64,000 bases of DNA from Candidatus Latescibacterota bacterium. Its GTDB lineage: Bacteria > Latescibacterota > UBA2968. Each line of letters starts with the position of its first letter. The stretch's first letter is position 1. The stretch lies in assembly GCA_965198115.1 (NCBI GenBank), contig OZ240241.1:6112001-6176000 (forward strand), read 5' to 3'. The notes beneath the pieces are model-generated. The model was given only the letters and a program-made list of their open reading frames with translations, was not told where the DNA came from and did no database searches. Below are positions 1 to 10,651 of the stretch, piece after piece. The translations under genes were made by a program, and so were the position numbers.

Positions 1-1778
1 ACCGCAGCGGGGTGAAAGGGCCACCACGTCCATCGGTTTCGAAGTTGGATCAGAATGACGGCCTGGACGAATCCTGCTCCCCAGACCGCCCATTTTCAGG
101 ATCGAGGTGTTCGACTTTGGTCCCCTCGATGATCGGAACCATCTGTACGAGCCGAGTCCAATCCCCCAGATAGACGGGACCGTTCATCCCGCCGTCGACG
201 TAGCCCCTGTACATCGAATCGCCGACCGTCACGGTGCAGCCCACCACGTAGGCCAGGACAGCGGCCGACCAAACGAGGGGGTTCCGTCGAAAGTGATCCC
301 CCAACATCCTGAAGTAGTGTGGCACGGACATCGTCCCTGTCAGCCGGATCGGCATACCCGCGAGAGCGTTCCGGTTCACCATCCATATTGCCGTCAACGT
401 ACCTGGGGACATGTTTGCCGTCCCACCCAATTGCATCCAGACGGCACCGCCCTTGTCTGCGCCGAGCCCCGCGTTTCCGCCAGGGGACAGAAAGGTGAAA
501 CCCGTGGCCGCCGCGTATTTCGCCACTCCGAACAGGGCCACGAACATCAGTAAAAGCTGAACGACCATTGCCCAGAATTCCATCCCCGCGGCTACGCACC
601 AGCCGGCGAGAAATAAAACGGAGCACGTCAGCCCGAGCCACGCCGTTCGATACGTGACGGGAACGCCTTCGTCCGAGGATCGGTCGAGGTCCACGGCCTG
701 CCGAAACGTCCTCGCCAGGTGCGTCCGTGATACCCAGACCGACCAACCCACGAGAAACACGAGGGCGCCGTGCGCCTCGAGCATCAACATCTCCCCGGCC
801 CCAACTTGCTGCCCCTGCAGCCCGATGGAGAACCCGGACCGGTTGATCAGACCTTCCTTGACGATGTTCGCGATGTTGTAGAACCAGAAACTGAAGAGCA
901 GGTCGAGCGGGCAGAGGTAGGCCAACCCCATGATGACGGGCTGAATCCGAAGGTAGTAGTTGGGAAAGTGATAGCCGAGCGGAACGGCCATGCTGCGCCA
1001 GTGATCGAACAGCGTGATATGCGGAAGCGTGTGCACGAAGTAGCCGGCCACATTCCAGCACAGAATCCCGCCCGCGAACACGAAGCCGCCCCAGAAAAGG
1101 GGAGCATACATCACCGACGGGAGACGACGCCCTGGCTCTTCACGAAGCATATCGGCCGGGAAAGTCGCCATGGGAAACGTCAATCGTTCGATTTCGTGCC
1201 ATTGCTTGAAGAACAGCACGCTCCCGAAGAACCCCGCCATGACGATCGACATGCTCGCGGCCGACCACCAGAAGACGGGCCGCACCCACGGTTGCCAGGG
1301 AATAGCCACCTTCGGCGGAAGCCCGCTCAGAAGCCCACCGATGACCAGCGGATCAGGCTCCGGAAAAAGCCAATCGGCCAGCAGCGGTTGCACCACCTCG
1401 TCGACACGATTTTCAGGAGAGGCCAGGTAAAAGGGCGCCGAAATGTCGCCGAGGAGGTAGCCCGCCCATCCTGTCGTCGGGAGGTTGCCAACGAACCACA
1501 CCATGAAGAACACCGTCAGCATCTCAATTCTCGACAATGCTGCCCGTGGCCACACGAGTCGGAGGATCGCATTGAGCCCAATCCACGCGACGAACGGAAA
1601 TCAGTGCCGATACCGGCATGTAGTTCTTGATCAGATTCCACCCAAAGTGCGTAATGTAGAACGTCATCCCCACGATCGTCAGCACACCCAGAACGAGCGC
1701 CCGAAGGCTAATTCCTGGTTCTGCCGGTTGCGCTTCAGCGTGCGGTTGCTCGTCTATCTCAGAAATGGCCAGACTCAT
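1..1778 (-). CDS. DUF6785/DUF6784-type polytopic membrane protein (putative transporter); two apparent frameshifts; runs off the window start
   Basis: ORFs 1524-1778 and 50-1555 join by removing one base in AAA at 1598-1600 (gives LIPFVAWIGLNAILRLVWPR). Adding one base in T4 at 93-96 gives KWAVWGAG...RWTWWPFHP. Motifs KQWHEIERLTFP, DLLFSFWF and WWPFHP are typical of this family. Confidence 0.75.
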
Positions 1779-1849
1779 TCAGACCATCCCCTCGCGCGGT
1801 CCACGTGATCGACGCTCGAAGTTCAATACTCATGTTTGATATTCGATTC

Positions 1850-3124
1850 TCAATGCCTTCTCACGCCCCAGCGTACTGTTAGAGCCTCGGCGCAGAACCC
1901 ACAGAACAGAGCCGTGATTCCTCGTGTGGCTCCCTCGATTGCCATCATTCCGGTTACCGTTAGTGCAACCCAGGCAGCGAAGAGCCGGGCAGGACCACTT
2001 GGCGCCAGCGCTTCCGTTTTCCTCAGAACCAAACCCCTGCCGTGGTAATACGTACGCAGACTCACGGCCAGCGGGAAGAAGGTAATGATGTAAAGGGGGA
2101 CGATACAGAGCACGGCCAGGCTGGCGCTGATACCGATCAAATCTTCCAAAATCCACGTTCGAATCGCCGGGATCCAGAACAGGGTGAAGGCCATGATGAG
2201 GCCCAAAGCGCCGCACGCGACGATAAAACGACGGACGACCCGATCGTAACCCTTTTCATTCTGAAAGGCGGGCGCCAGGCTTCGCAGTTCGTTCAGCCAT
2301 CCGTAGTGGACGTGCCCGAGGGCGTAGACCACCGTCAGTACCGCAAGGGCTTCCGTCGCATCGCTTCCCCGAGAAACGTAGAGATTGATCAGGGGGCGCG
2401 TCAGCCCTTGCATCGCCATGATGACGACCAACGGCCAGAAGAATCGGAGAATGCTCGTGTAGTCGATCGATTCACCCTCTTCGGCGAGATTCGGTCGGAC
2501 CCACACGAAATGACCGAACAGCAGCACGAGCAGTTCGACCATGACGCCACCGAGCGTCGCTGCGACAGGGAGAAAGATGGGTCGCGCCTGGACGAAGGCC
2601 GCGTCGATCATCGCGAAGATGATGCCGATCCGTACGGCGATGCCCAGCAGGCTGCTGGCGCTGACGACCTCGGTTCTCCGCACTCTAGCGAGCAGACCGG
2701 AGTAGTAACGTACCCAACCGTTGAGCAGAGGAACGGGAGACATCACCCAGAGCGCCAGCTTGACCTCGCGCGCCAGGTCCGGATCGACACGGTGGAAATC
2801 CTGGATGACCCACGTTCCCACATCCGAGCCCCCGAGGAACCCCATCAGCATCGAAAGAGACAGCCCCGAAACCGAAACACACAGGGTCACGCGTCGTAAC
2901 TGAGGTCTGTTTTCGACGAGGACAAGCCCGAGTTGACGAGCCTGAGACAGGGCGTAGGTCAGAATCGTCGTCAGTCCGAACGCCAGACCGAATGCCGCGA
3001 GGGTCTCGGTCGCGTATGGAATTCGGGCCATGCCCCCGTTGATGAACTGAAGACTCAGCTCCTGGGCTGCCATCGCCAGAACGAGTGGCAGGAGGAATCG
3101 GGCAAATGCACTGTAGAGATTCAA
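1850..3124 (-). CDS. ANKH-like / MATE-fold (MOP superfamily) transporter
   Basis: Two-fold internal repeat (RFLLPLVL...INGGMAR / RFFWPLVV...INLYVSR) and about 12 hydrophobic segments. Likely TTG start at 3124; the ORF track extends to 3307. Confidence 0.75.
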   Translation of the reverse strand: MNLYSAFARFLLPLVLAMAAQELSLQFINGGMARIPYATETLAAFGLAFGLTTILTYALSQARQLGLVLVENRPQLRRVTLCVSVSGLSLSMLMGFLGGSDVGTWVIQDFHRVDPDLAREVKLALWVMSPVPLLNGWVRYYSGLLARVRRTEVVSASSLLGIAVRIGIIFAMIDAAFVQARPIFLPVAATLGGVMVELLVLLFGHFVWVRPNLAEEGESIDYTSILRFFWPLVVIMAMQGLTRPLINLYVSRGSDATEALAVLTVVYALGHVHYGWLNELRSLAPAFQNEKGYDRVVRRFIVACGALGLIMAFTLFWIPAIRTWILEDLIGISASLAVLCIVPLYIITFFPLAVSLRTYYHGRGLVLRKTEALAPSGPARLFAAWVALTVTGMMAIEGATRGITALFCGFCAEALTVRWGVRRH

Positions 3125-3317
3125 TTCGAGCTCGGAAAAAGAGAAACCCGCCCGGAGGGCGGGTTGACCATCAAAATCACACGGGTCGAGCCGATCACCC
3201 GAGGGCTCGCCGAACGTTGATCGCGCAGTGTAGAAATCCTTCGTCGTTAGGGTACGTCCTGTAGGCGTCCAGATCAGGGAAATACGGGACGACGTAGAGT
3301 GCTCCAATTCCCGATGC

Positions 3318-3470
3318 TCAATTTACCAGCTCCCCCAAGTCCGCCAGGTACACTCTCCGTACTCCCTTGTCGCACCCGTTGAATACGATCTTGCGATAGT
3401 CTCTGTCCCACGCCGGATGCGGATCGATTCGCAGCTCTCGCCCGGGGCCGGGAGGGCGAGAGCTGCGTAG
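3318..3470 (-). pseudogene. Orphan C-terminal fragment of a TolB/oligogalacturonate-lyase-like beta-propeller protein
   Basis: RELRIDPHPAWDRDYRKIVFNGCDKGVRRVYLADL resembles the last propeller blade of such proteins; no N-terminal part or good start is present. Confidence 0.5.
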
Positions 3471-3486
3471 CGGATCCTCTTTCACC

Positions 3487-5766
3487 TCAGAAATAGCAGG
3501 CAGGATCATCTTCAATCACACCGTCTCGTCCCTGGGAAATCGCACACAGCCGTAGCAGCGCCAGGGCGAGATCGGCGCTCCCCCCGCGGTTGCTGTAGGT
3601 TTCCCACCCAGTCAGGAACCCGTCGCGGAACCGGGGAACGGTCGGCGGACCGCACACGAACCAACCGTCACGGACGTAGCGGTCGTGAGCATATCGAGCC
3701 ATCCTCAGGGCCCCGTCGAGATAGCGTGGATTGCCCGTTGCCTCGTAGACATTGCTCCAAGCCCCGATCGCCTGTGCCAGCAAACCCGCCGAAATCGGAT
3801 AGACATCGTCCTGCTCGAACTGCGACAGCTCGAACAACGGTTCAAAACAATCGAACGACTCCAGCAGGTCCGGCTCCATTGTCACCTTGTAGGCATAGGC
3901 AAGACTGACCGCCGCTCGAATTCCCACCACTCCGCTCGCCTTCTCCGTCTCCCCGGCCTGGGGTGTCAGCTGCCAGCCATCTGTCACGCGGTCGAACAAC
4001 GGCGAACCCGTCAGAACGTTGAACGTCGCGAAAAAATGGCCACGTTCGTCGATCTCGAATCGACGCGTGAACGACCGAATGTATCCGAGCGCCTGATCGC
4101 GGAATGTCGTGTCGGTCGTGTCACCCAGCAGCCGCTGAGCGTGGAGCAGATTGACCGCCAGCCAATTCATCGGATCCAGGTGTTCCGTCCTGTTCGCCCG
4201 CTGGCGATGAGTCGGATCCTCGATCATCTCCGGATAAGCCGCATCCGCCGGGTGGGCCGCAAGAAGACCCGTCTCAGAGTTGCGGAGAGACCAGAGATAG
4301 TCGGCCATCGATCGGGCCCACGCCAGATACGTCGGCTCCTGGGTTTGCCTGTAGAGAAAAGTCCAGGCCACGATCCACGCCCCGGCCGACGAGCTCGCAC
4401 AATGAGGGGTTTCACCCGGCGGAAAGTGTCGGTTGAACGCCAGGGATCGGTCCTCGTCGATGATGTGCTTTCGAAGCGCGACGATCTGACGCCCCACGGC
4501 GACCGGGTCGATCTCGTACATACGATCCCAGAGCGGCAATGCCACCTTGAACTCCCCGTGTCCCTCGATCGCATCGTCTTCGAAAACATCGTATCCGCGA
4601 TGGTCGCCCCACGGAAAGTAGCCTGACGGCAACGGCAGGTTTTCCAGATAGTAGCTCAGGTAATCGTCAGCCGCGTCGCGGTACTTCCCATCTTCCGCCA
4701 GATCCGACAGACCGTAGAGCAACCTGAGCAATCCACCGTCGAACTGGAGGTTATTCGTCCGCGGGCCCGCTCCGCCACGCCGATCAGCCACGTATAGCGA
4801 CGTGGCCGCGTCGGGCGGTTTCTCTTCACGAATGTCGATCTGGCTCACAAACAGAGGGGTGTGGATATCGCCATAAACGTCACGACCCTTGGTGAGCAGC
4901 AGATCGGCGAACCCGATGATCGAAGCCGACCAGCTCTCAATCGGTATGCCGGATTCACCCTGGAAGACGCGATCGGTCGAAGTCAATCCGAGCAAGAGGA
5001 GCAGCACGCCCAGGGCATCCAACCAGAGGGGCTGGAAGTGGATGGGTCCCGACGGATCGCTCGTCAATCCGGGTACTTCGACACCCAACACCCCATACAA
5101 GAGAATCGGAATGCCATTGTAGAGCGCGTGGCCGAGGAGACAGGGCAGCAACGAACGAGAACGCACATACCACCAGCCGAAGATGGCGCCGACGGCAGTC
5201 GCGCCGGGAAACTGCCAGGGATTCAGATGGAAGGCGCCGAACAGAAGGGCGGAGATCAGAATAGCCCGGCCGGCTGAATAGTGGGCGAGGTATCCGCGTA
5301 GTATCACGCCGCGAAACAGACACTCCTCCGTGATCGGGGCGACGATCATGCCCACAAAAATCGAGAAAAGTATGTGGGAATCGCCACCGACCAGCCGAAT
5401 GAACGATTCGCGCATCGACTCCGGTACCGGCATCATCGACTGAATCACATTGTCGATTTCCGACACCAGGAACACGCAACCCAGGAGTGTCATCACCATG
5501 CCCGGCAAGAGGGCCGTCGGCACCGGCCGTACGGGAAGCACGAATCGCCACGCCATGCCGCTCCGACGAACGCCGAGACGTATGCCATAGCCCAATGCCG
5601 CGATGTTCACCACACTCAGGAACAGGGGATGCGTGGTCACCCACTCGGCATCCAGCCCCATCGCCGTGATCCCGATCGGGAAAGACACCAGCGTCATCAC
5701 AAAGACCACGAGCAGGAGCAGCCAGATCGACTGAGGTAGGTTGGGATAGCTGGGCGTCAGCGCCAA
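3487..5766 (-). CDS. CPBP (Abi/CAAX) intramembrane metalloprotease fused to a PL2 pectate-lyase-like alpha/alpha domain
   Basis: N-terminal 270 aa: EECLFRG, FGAFH, HALYN. C-terminal 490 aa: DVYGDIHTPLFVSQID, LLRLLYGLSDL..DGKYRDAAD, GYFPWGDH, AFNRH. Confidence 0.7.
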   Translation of the reverse strand: MALTPSYPNLPQSIWLLLLVVFVMTLVSFPIGITAMGLDAEWVTTHPLFLSVVNIAALGYGIRLGVRRSGMAWRFVLPVRPVPTALLPGMVMTLLGCVFLVSEIDNVIQSMMPVPESMRESFIRLVGGDSHILFSIFVGMIVAPITEECLFRGVILRGYLAHYSAGRAILISALLFGAFHLNPWQFPGATAVGAIFGWWYVRSRSLLPCLLGHALYNGIPILLYGVLGVEVPGLTSDPSGPIHFQPLWLDALGVLLLLLGLTSTDRVFQGESGIPIESWSASIIGFADLLLTKGRDVYGDIHTPLFVSQIDIREEKPPDAATSLYVADRRGGAGPRTNNLQFDGGLLRLLYGLSDLAEDGKYRDAADDYLSYYLENLPLPSGYFPWGDHRGYDVFEDDAIEGHGEFKVALPLWDRMYEIDPVAVGRQIVALRKHIIDEDRSLAFNRHFPPGETPHCASSSAGAWIVAWTFLYRQTQEPTYLAWARSMADYLWSLRNSETGLLAAHPADAAYPEMIEDPTHRQRANRTEHLDPMNWLAVNLLHAQRLLGDTTDTTFRDQALGYIRSFTRRFEIDERGHFFATFNVLTGSPLFDRVTDGWQLTPQAGETEKASGVVGIRAAVSLAYAYKVTMEPDLLESFDCFEPLFELSQFEQDDVYPISAGLLAQAIGAWSNVYEATGNPRYLDGALRMARYAHDRYVRDGWFVCGPPTVPRFRDGFLTGWETYSNRGGSADLALALLRLCAISQGRDGVIEDDPACYF

Positions 5767-5768
5767 GG

Positions 5769-6875
5769 CTATGCCCCGTCCAGAATGTTCAGATAAACCT
5801 CACCCGTGCGCGTCCACGAATATTCACCGTGGACATAAGTGCGTGCGTTCTCTCTGAGCGCTCGCTGTTCTTCCGGAGACAGATCCAGACACGACCGGAC
5901 TCGTTCCGCAAACGCTTCGTAGTCGCTCTCCGGAACAAGATAACCGCCCTCCCTCACGCTCTCTGTCAAGGCATCCACGTCGAACGCCACGACGGGCAGC
6001 CCTTCGTACATAGCCTCGAGAGGGGCGATCCCGTATCCCTCCACGTCGTTCGGATAAACGATGTTCGGCATGACGAACAGATCGCAGGAACGCCTCAGCA
6101 TCGTCGTCGTATCATCATCCACACGGCCCAGCACCCTCACTCGATTCCCCAGACCCAACCGGGCAACCGCCTCACGAATGGGCGCGTTTTCGGAACCCTC
6201 ACCGCAGATGACCACATAGATGTCGGGAAGTTCTGGAATCACCTGTTCGACGAATGGAACGATCCCTTTCCTCGGAATCTGACGACCGATGCTCAGAAGC
6301 ACGCGGTCTTCCCCGAACCGGATGCCGTGATCGGCCTCGAACGTGCCACGCAAGAGTTCGTAGCGATCCTCCTCGAGCGGATCGGGCTGGATCCCGTTGT
6401 AGGCGATCCGAATCCGGTTTGTCGCGACACCCGCCCTTGACGCCAGCTCTCCGGTGTTGCGGCTGACCACACAGACCTGGTCGCAGGCCAGCGTGCCACG
6501 TCGAATCAGCCCGCTGAAGATCGACTCCCCCAACGCCAACTCGGCACCGTGGATCGTCACGACCAGCCGAGCCGACGTAAAAGGCCGCAGATACGGCGCA
6601 AGACAGGCTGTCACGCCATCCGCGAAGTAAACCGCATCCGGTCGCCAGGCCAGACATCTCCATAGAGATCGTATGAAGGCAAGAGGAATGAACCAGGCAA
6701 GATGGATCAGAGGATCGGGACGGAGCGCAATCAGGTGCACGCGTCGGCCGGCATCCACAAGGTGGCGGTAGAGATGACCGACAAACCGCTGGATCCCCCC
6801 GACGCTGGGTGGGAATCTGCGCGTCAGAAACAGAATGCGCTCGGCTCTCTGGGAATCGACCAAGGTATTTCCCAT
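5769..6875 (-). CDS. Glycosyltransferase family 4 (GT-B, PimB-like)
   Basis: FPPSVGGIQ, TIHGAE, GRQIPRKG, EGYGIAPLEAM (Ex7E motif). Confidence 0.9.
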   Translation of the reverse strand: MGNTLVDSQRAERILFLTRRFPPSVGGIQRFVGHLYRHLVDAGRRVHLIALRPDPLIHLAWFIPLAFIRSLWRCLAWRPDAVYFADGVTACLAPYLRPFTSARLVVTIHGAELALGESIFSGLIRRGTLACDQVCVVSRNTGELASRAGVATNRIRIAYNGIQPDPLEEDRYELLRGTFEADHGIRFGEDRVLLSIGRQIPRKGIVPFVEQVIPELPDIYVVICGEGSENAPIREAVARLGLGNRVRVLGRVDDDTTTMLRRSCDLFVMPNIVYPNDVEGYGIAPLEAMYEGLPVVAFDVDALTESVREGGYLVPESDYEAFAERVRSCLDLSPEEQRALRENARTYVHGEYSWTRTGEVYLNILDGA

Positions 6876-6887
6876 CGGCTCCGGGGT

Positions 6888-7985
6888 TCAGGACTCTACG
6901 ATCTCCGAAAGTCGCTCCTCGAAGATCTCCCGCTCGGGTTCAGTGCCCACCGTCACTCGGAAGCATCGATCCAACGGAGGTGCACCCGGCTTTCGCACGA
7001 ATACACCACGTGACTGGAGGGCGTTCAGAATCGCCTCTGCTCGTTCACGACTGCCGGCATCGAACGTCACGAAATTCGTTCCCGATGGGAGCGTGGGCAA
7101 TCCCAACGAGGCTCCGATCCGATCGTAGTCCCTTCGCCCCGCCTCGACGCGCGTCACGACATCCTTTACGAACCCTGCATCGCCGAGCGAAGCCAGCGCA
7201 CCGGCTTGAGCGATGCGATTGACGCCGAAATGCAGACGCACTTTGTCAAAAGCCACGGCCACGTCCTCGTGGCAGATCGCATACCCCACGCGAAGTCCCG
7301 CCATTCCGTGGGCTTTCGAAAACGTCCGAAACCGGATCACACGACCATCGACGGGCCCGATCGGCGAGATTGCACCAGCCGGTGCGAACTCGGCATACGC
7401 CTCGTCCAACAGCACCGTGCACGAGGCCGGCAGCGCATCCAGCATCGACGCGATCTCCGAAACCTCACACCACGTGCCAGCCGGATTATCCGGATTGGAC
7501 AGATACAGCAGCCGCGCGCTCGACGCGTCCACCGCCTCGACGAGTGCCTCGAGGTCATTCCGATCCTCGCGATAGGGTCGTGTGACCAGTTCGCAGCCGA
7601 ATCCGTTCACGTGGTAAACGAACGTGGGGTAGGCGCCGAAAGAAGCGACCACCGCATCCCCGGCCTCCACGAAGAGACGCACGGCAAGTCCCAGAAGATC
7701 GTCGATACCGGCACTGACCGCGATTTCCTCGGGTCGAACACCGTGGTGGATCGACAGAGCCACCTTGAGGTCGTGGTTCTCCGGATCGTTGTAGTGGCAC
7801 ACGCGTGACGCTTCTGCTCGCATCGCATCCAGCGCCACGGGGGAGACACCGAACGCACTCTCGTTCGCTCCCAAACGGGCATCGAATCGTCGTCCCATAC
7901 GTCGCTCGATCGCCTCGGGGCCCACGAAAGGAATCGTCGCAGGCAGGGCGCTGACGATCGGCGTAAAGTTACGTTTATCAAACAT
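6888..7985 (-). CDS. PLP-dependent aminotransferase class I/II (HisC-like)
   Basis: LGANES, LSNPDNPAG, LDEAYAEF, RTFSKAHGMAGLRVGY. Confidence 0.9.
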   Translation of the reverse strand: MFDKRNFTPIVSALPATIPFVGPEAIERRMGRRFDARLGANESAFGVSPVALDAMRAEASRVCHYNDPENHDLKVALSIHHGVRPEEIAVSAGIDDLLGLAVRLFVEAGDAVVASFGAYPTFVYHVNGFGCELVTRPYREDRNDLEALVEAVDASSARLLYLSNPDNPAGTWCEVSEIASMLDALPASCTVLLDEAYAEFAPAGAISPIGPVDGRVIRFRTFSKAHGMAGLRVGYAICHEDVAVAFDKVRLHFGVNRIAQAGALASLGDAGFVKDVVTRVEAGRRDYDRIGASLGLPTLPSGTNFVTFDAGSRERAEAILNALQSRGVFVRKPGAPPLDRCFRVTVGTEPEREIFEERLSEIVES

Positions 7986-8143
7986 TTAGCATCCGGAGCT
8001 GAGGGGTTTCAGAGCCGCTAAGTAAACGCCGAACATCTCCCGCTGCAACCGTGTTGTTTGGTCATCATCCTCCAAATCGGTTAGGTTTGCTCCGATCGGC
8101 CCTTCGCACTTCATGATCCCAAAATCCTCGATCTCCATTCCAA

Positions 8144-10515
8144 ATGGTCCTGCTCGCGCTCATCCTGCTAGCCATCGATCTACACGCGTCATCGACGACC
8201 AATGTCATCGTCCGCGGAAGCGTGCGGGACGCGACGTCGGGACAGCCGCTCTCGCCCGCCACCGTTCGCGTCGATAACACCTATCTCGGAACGATCACCA
8301 GCCAGCAGGGTGAATTCGAACTGCGCATCGAACGGTTACCCGCGCGTCTGCTCGTGAGCCATATCGGATACGAATCGACCGATCTCACGATCTCCTCCTC
8401 CGGAAGCTACGACTTCCACCTCCTACCGGTAACTTACGAAATGGAAGAGCTCGTCGTCACGGCCGAAGACCCTGCGATCAGCATCATGCGCAAGGTGATC
8501 GAGCGGAAACGCCAGTGGCGGCAGGACCTGAAGACGTTTCGTGTCGACGCCTATAACCGGTTCACGCACCGCAAGGACTCGACGATCGTTTCCGTCATCG
8601 AAAGCCTGTCGGAAGCCTACTGGGATCACGAAAAGGGCTGGCGCGAAATCGTCAAATCCAGACGACAGACCAAGAACATCGACATCGAGGATTCGTTTCC
8701 GGCCGCCGTCTTTATCGACAACCTCTACGACGACAATGTCCTGGTCGCCGGGCACCGCCTTCAGGGCGTCACCCATCCCGACGCGCTCGATGTCTACGAC
8801 TTTACGCTCGCCGGACGACGCCGGATGGACGATCGAACCGTCTACGACATCGAGGTTCGCTCAAAGAGTCCGCGATCGTCCGCCTTCGAGGGCCGCATCG
8901 CCATCCTGGACGAAGCTTATGCCATGCTCGAGGCCGACCTTCGTCCGAATGACTCTTTCATCTTCCCGCCTCCGCTGCGTCTCTTCAAGGTCACCTATCG
9001 CCAGCAGTACAGCGACTTTGGCGGAGACTACTGGCTCCCCATCGGAAACCGTGCGACCATTGTCCTCGACATCGGCATCGTAGGTTTCGGATCCCCTCGA
9101 TTCGCGGAGAACCAGGTATCTCGTCTTTCAAACTACGAAGTCAACGTCTCCCTCCCCGATTCACTCTACCAGTCCGAGGACGTGACCACCGTTGACTCTG
9201 TGTCAGTGCAGGTCGATACACTCCTCGCCAAGGGTGGCTTGGCCCTCAGTCTCGAGCCCGAAGAGAAAGAAGCCTATGTCACCATCGACAGCACACAGAC
9301 GCTCGAAAAGGTTTTCAGCCGGAAGGGTTTCTCGCTCGGATTTTCATACGCGACGACGATGACGGGGGTGATAGCGGGAAAAGCGAGGGCAAAGACGGTA
9401 AAAAGAAGAACCGACCTCTCTCATTCGGGCTGAAACCCACGCTCTACTACAATCGCGTCGACGCAGCAAGACTAGGAGGGCGCCTGCTCTCGCGGTCGAA
9501 ATCACGAGATATCGAAGTCGGCGTCGGCTTCGATTACGGAACGAGGTCCAAATCGTGGAACCAGACTGTCAGGATCCACAAAGAATGGGGACCGCTCTCG
9601 GTCAACGCCACCTATTTCGATGGGATAGAACCCCGCTACAGCTCCGATCTTTACTCGCGATTCTCGGCCAGCATGCTTCCCCTCGTGGGCAAAGACGACT
9701 ACTTCGATTACGTCGACACGAAGCGGTGGCGTGGGGGGCTCAGCCTCACGTCGCGCAGGCTGGACGCGAGACTCGATGTCGAGCTGAACCACGAGAGGCA
9801 CGCTTCGGTCGCGAAATCGACGGACTACTCGATCGTCCGCACCTTCACACAACGTCCAAATCCGTCCATCGACCCCGGAAGGCTTCGCTCGGTCATCCTG
9901 CGATTGTCTCACAACCAGGAGGAAGGTCCACCCGCCCTTTTCGGTCAAAAAAAGCTCGAACTGGCGTTGGAACGGTCGCCTGGGGGCGTACTCTCGAGCG
10001 ACTTCGACTTTACGCGTCTTGCGTTCCGCGCGGTCTGGCGCTTTCCGACTTTCTACAGCCGTCGTCTGCTCCCGAACACGCTCGACGTGAGTCTGATCAC
10101 GGCCACGTCTTGGGGTCGTCTCCCTCGGCAGCGATTCCCGATCCTCGACGTCAGCCTCGACGGCTGGAACGAGCCGGGAGCCTTGCGCGCGCTCGTCACC
10201 TATCCCTACGAGGGAGAAAAGACCCTCGGATTCACGTGGGAACACAATTTCCGGACGCTCGCTTTCGAATGGCTCGGTTGGGACGCGCTCGTCAGACGCT
10301 CCATCGGCTTCATCCTCTACGGAGGTCACGGACGGACGTGGATCCCGGACGCTCGGCTCGCCGGACTGGCCGACACACCCCAGTACCAGGACCGGTTCCA
10401 CCACGAGGTCGGTCTCTCCGTCAACGGCATCTTCTCCCTGTTTCGGATCGACTTCACCCAGCGCCTGGATCGTTCTGACTTCGTCGTCGGGATGGGCATC
10501 GCCCGGCTCTTCTGA
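8144..10515 (+). CDS. Carboxypeptidase-regulatory-like domain + DUF5686 outer-membrane protein; one apparent frameshift
   Basis: Signal peptide, GSVRDATSGQPL...SHIGY. Adding one T in T4 at 9312-9315 joins 8144-9433 to the 9673-10515 frame through LYYNRVD. Ends in Phe (beta-barrel signature). Confidence 0.8.
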
Positions 10516-10612
10516 CGACCCCCCTCTCCCGCCGGTCCTGAGCATCGTCTAAGTATCGACCGAAGTTCGCTCTACCGAAGGGTAGCCTGCGTATATCGGG
10601 CTCCCCGTCTTT

Positions 10613-10635
10613 CTTCGTGCCTTCGCGACTTCGTG
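10613..10635 (+). repeat. Short tandem repeat, 3 x 8 nt (CTTCGYGN)
   Basis: cttcgtgc cttcgcga cttcgtg, directly upstream of the helicase start. Confidence 0.6.
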
Positions 10636-10651
10636 TTCGTTTTTTCTCTAC

